Positions 62,550-64,000 of a stretch of 64,000 bases of DNA are shown one piece after another. The translations under genes and the position numbers were made by a program. Position 1 is the first letter of the stretch; each line of letters starts with the position of its first letter. Source of the DNA: an uncultured delta proteobacterium. GTDB taxonomy: Bacteria; Myxococcota_A; UBA9160; UBA4427. The stretch spans positions 64,001 to 128,000 of the forward strand of contig CAWGJT010000014.1 of NCBI GenBank assembly GCA_963822965.1, given 5' to 3'. The notes under the pieces were generated by a model, which did no database searches, was not told the origin of the DNA, and worked only from the letters and a program-made list of their open reading frames with translations.

Positions 62550-64000
62550 TCGCGAGGCGCGATCCGCGGCAGGCCGTCCTGCATGGGCAGACGATCCCGG
62601 TAGGCCTCGTACAGATACTCGAGCAGCATCCGGTGGGTATTGAAGAAGGAGCCGTTCAACGCGATGGCGTTTCGCATCACCACGCGCCAGTCGTGGGGGG
62701 TGTCGTAGAAGCACGGCACGACGACCCGCTCGAGCTTGTCGTACAGCTCGCGGGCGTGCTTGGCGTCGAGATCCTGCGCGGGCTTGCCGTGCAGGTGCCA
62801 GTCGTCGCCGCCGATCGCCCAGCCGGTCACACCCTCCACGCAGCCCTCGATCCACCAGCCGTCCAGCACGCTGAGGCTCGGGACGCCGTTCAGCGCCGCC
62901 TTCATGCCGCTGGTGCCCGACGCCTCCAGCGGGGGGATCGGATTGTTGAGCCAGACGTCCGCGCCCGCACACAGGGCCGCCCCCAGCCGCATGTCGTAGC
63001 CGGGCAGGTAGGCGATCCGCACCCGACCTCGGAGCCGGGCGGTCGCCGCGAAGATGGACTCGATGAGCGCCTTCCCCTCGGCGTCCCGCGGATGGGCCTT
63101 GCCGGCGAGGACCAGCTGCAGCCCGCCCCGCTCGGCAATCGCGGCCAGGCGGTCGATGTCCCGGAAGACGAGCGTGGATCGCTTGTAGGCGGTGGCCCTG
63201 CGGGCGAAGCCGATGGTGAGGACCTCGGGGTCGAGCTCGACCTCGGTCTCACGGCGCACCGTCTCGACCAGGACTCGCTTGGCTTCAGCGTGGGCTTCGG
63301 CGATCTCGTCCGCCGGGATCGCTCCCGCGTAGCGCAGGGCCAGGGGATCCGTGCGCCAGTCGGGCACGTAGCGGTCGAACACCGCCTGCATCGGCTCGCA
63401 CGTCCAGGTGGCTGGGTGTACGCCGTTGGTGATCGATCGGATCGGATAGTGGGGGAACATGCCGCGAGACACCTCGCCGTGCCGCATCGCCACACCGTTC
63501 ACGAAGTGCGAGTTGGCCAGGGCCAGCTCCGTGAGGTTCAGCTCGTCCGCCATCCCCAGCTGGCGCAGGCTCGCGCGCCGCTCCTTGCCGAGCGTGAGCT
63601 CGACGAGATCCAGCGGGAAGCGATCGTGGCCCGCCGGCACCGGTGTGTGCGTGGTAAAGACGCAGCGCTCGCGAACGGCGTCCATGGCGCGGGCCGGGTA
63701 AGGCTCGTCCTGGGCGGCCATCTCCGACTCGTAGAGCGACAGCACCGCCAGGGCCGCGTGGCCCTCGTTCATGTGGTAGCGGTCGGCGGTGCCGTGACCG
63801 AGGGCCTTCAGCATGGCCACCCCGCCGAGGCCCAGCACCGCCTCCTGGCGCAGCCGCAGGGGCTCGTCGCCGCCGTAGAGGTAGTCGGTGAGGCTGCGAT
63901 CCTCGGGCGCGTTCTCGGGCAGGTCCGTGTCGAGCAGGTAGACCGGGATGGTGTCGCCGAGCTGGCCGTGCAGCCGGTATCGCCAGACCGAGACGGCCAC
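62546..64000 (-). CDS. glgP: Alpha-glucan (glycogen/starch) phosphorylase, 5' part beyond the window
   Basis: HMNEGH, FTTHTPVPAGHD, TNGVH, FARR..YKR, AGKAHP and EASGTSGMK motifs. Confidence 0.95.
   Translation of the reverse strand: MAVSVWRYRLHGQLGDTIPVYLLDTDLPENAPEDRSLTDYLYGGDEPLRLRQEAVLGLGGVAMLKALGHGTADRYHMNEGHAALAVLSLYESEMAAQDEPYPARAMDAVRERCVFTTHTPVPAGHDRFPLDLVELTLGKERRASLRQLGMADELNLTELALANSHFVNGVAMRHGEVSRGMFPHYPIRSITNGVHPATWTCEPMQAVFDRYVPDWRTDPLALRYAGAIPADEIAEAHAEAKRVLVETVRRETEVELDPEVLTIGFARRATAYKRSTLVFRDIDRLAAIAERGGLQLVLAGKAHPRDAEGKALIESIFAATARLRGRVRIAYLPGYDMRLGAALCAGADVWLNNPIPPLEASGTSGMKAALNGVPSLSVLDGWWIEGCVEGVTGWAIGGDDWHLHGKPAQDLDAKHARELYDKLERVVVPCFYDTPHDWRVVMRNAIALNGSFFNTHRMLLEYLYEAYRDRLPMQDGLPRIAPRE

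Overview
A very GC-rich bacterial chromosomal segment. PEP-CTERM proteins, a myxobacterial-type Cys-rich repeat and an FHA/Ser-Thr kinase cluster suggest Myxococcota or a relative (inference). Most of the window is catabolic and housekeeping genes: hydrolases, SDRs, acyl-CoA dehydrogenase, sulfatase, sulfotransferase, gluQ, ahcY, nfi, hslO, a YhaO/YhaN-like pair, P450, CoA transferase, a cation-chloride cotransporter and glgP. Three features stand out. (1) An integron-type gene-cassette array at about 40.67-47.2 kb, with a candidate attI, intact proximal attC sites, decaying distal ones and no integrase in the window. (2) An IS621-like IS110 element (42191-43424, minus strand) inserted exactly in an attC core site. 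Its upstream non-coding end reads as a bridge RNA: one loop matches the element's own circle junction and the other matches the attC R' end (TCCGTTAG), which suggests an RNA-guided recombinase programmed to target integron attC sites. The insertion leaves a valid GTTRRRY core. (3) A 62-aa bacterial histone resembling Bdellovibrio Bd0055, heading a same-strand run of lipoprotein, FHA, FHA, VWA-FHA and Ser/Thr kinase genes that also contains a CTAG-flanked MITE. Several genes carry single-base frameshifts, probably assembly indels. All protein family calls come from motif recognition by eye; no searches were run.
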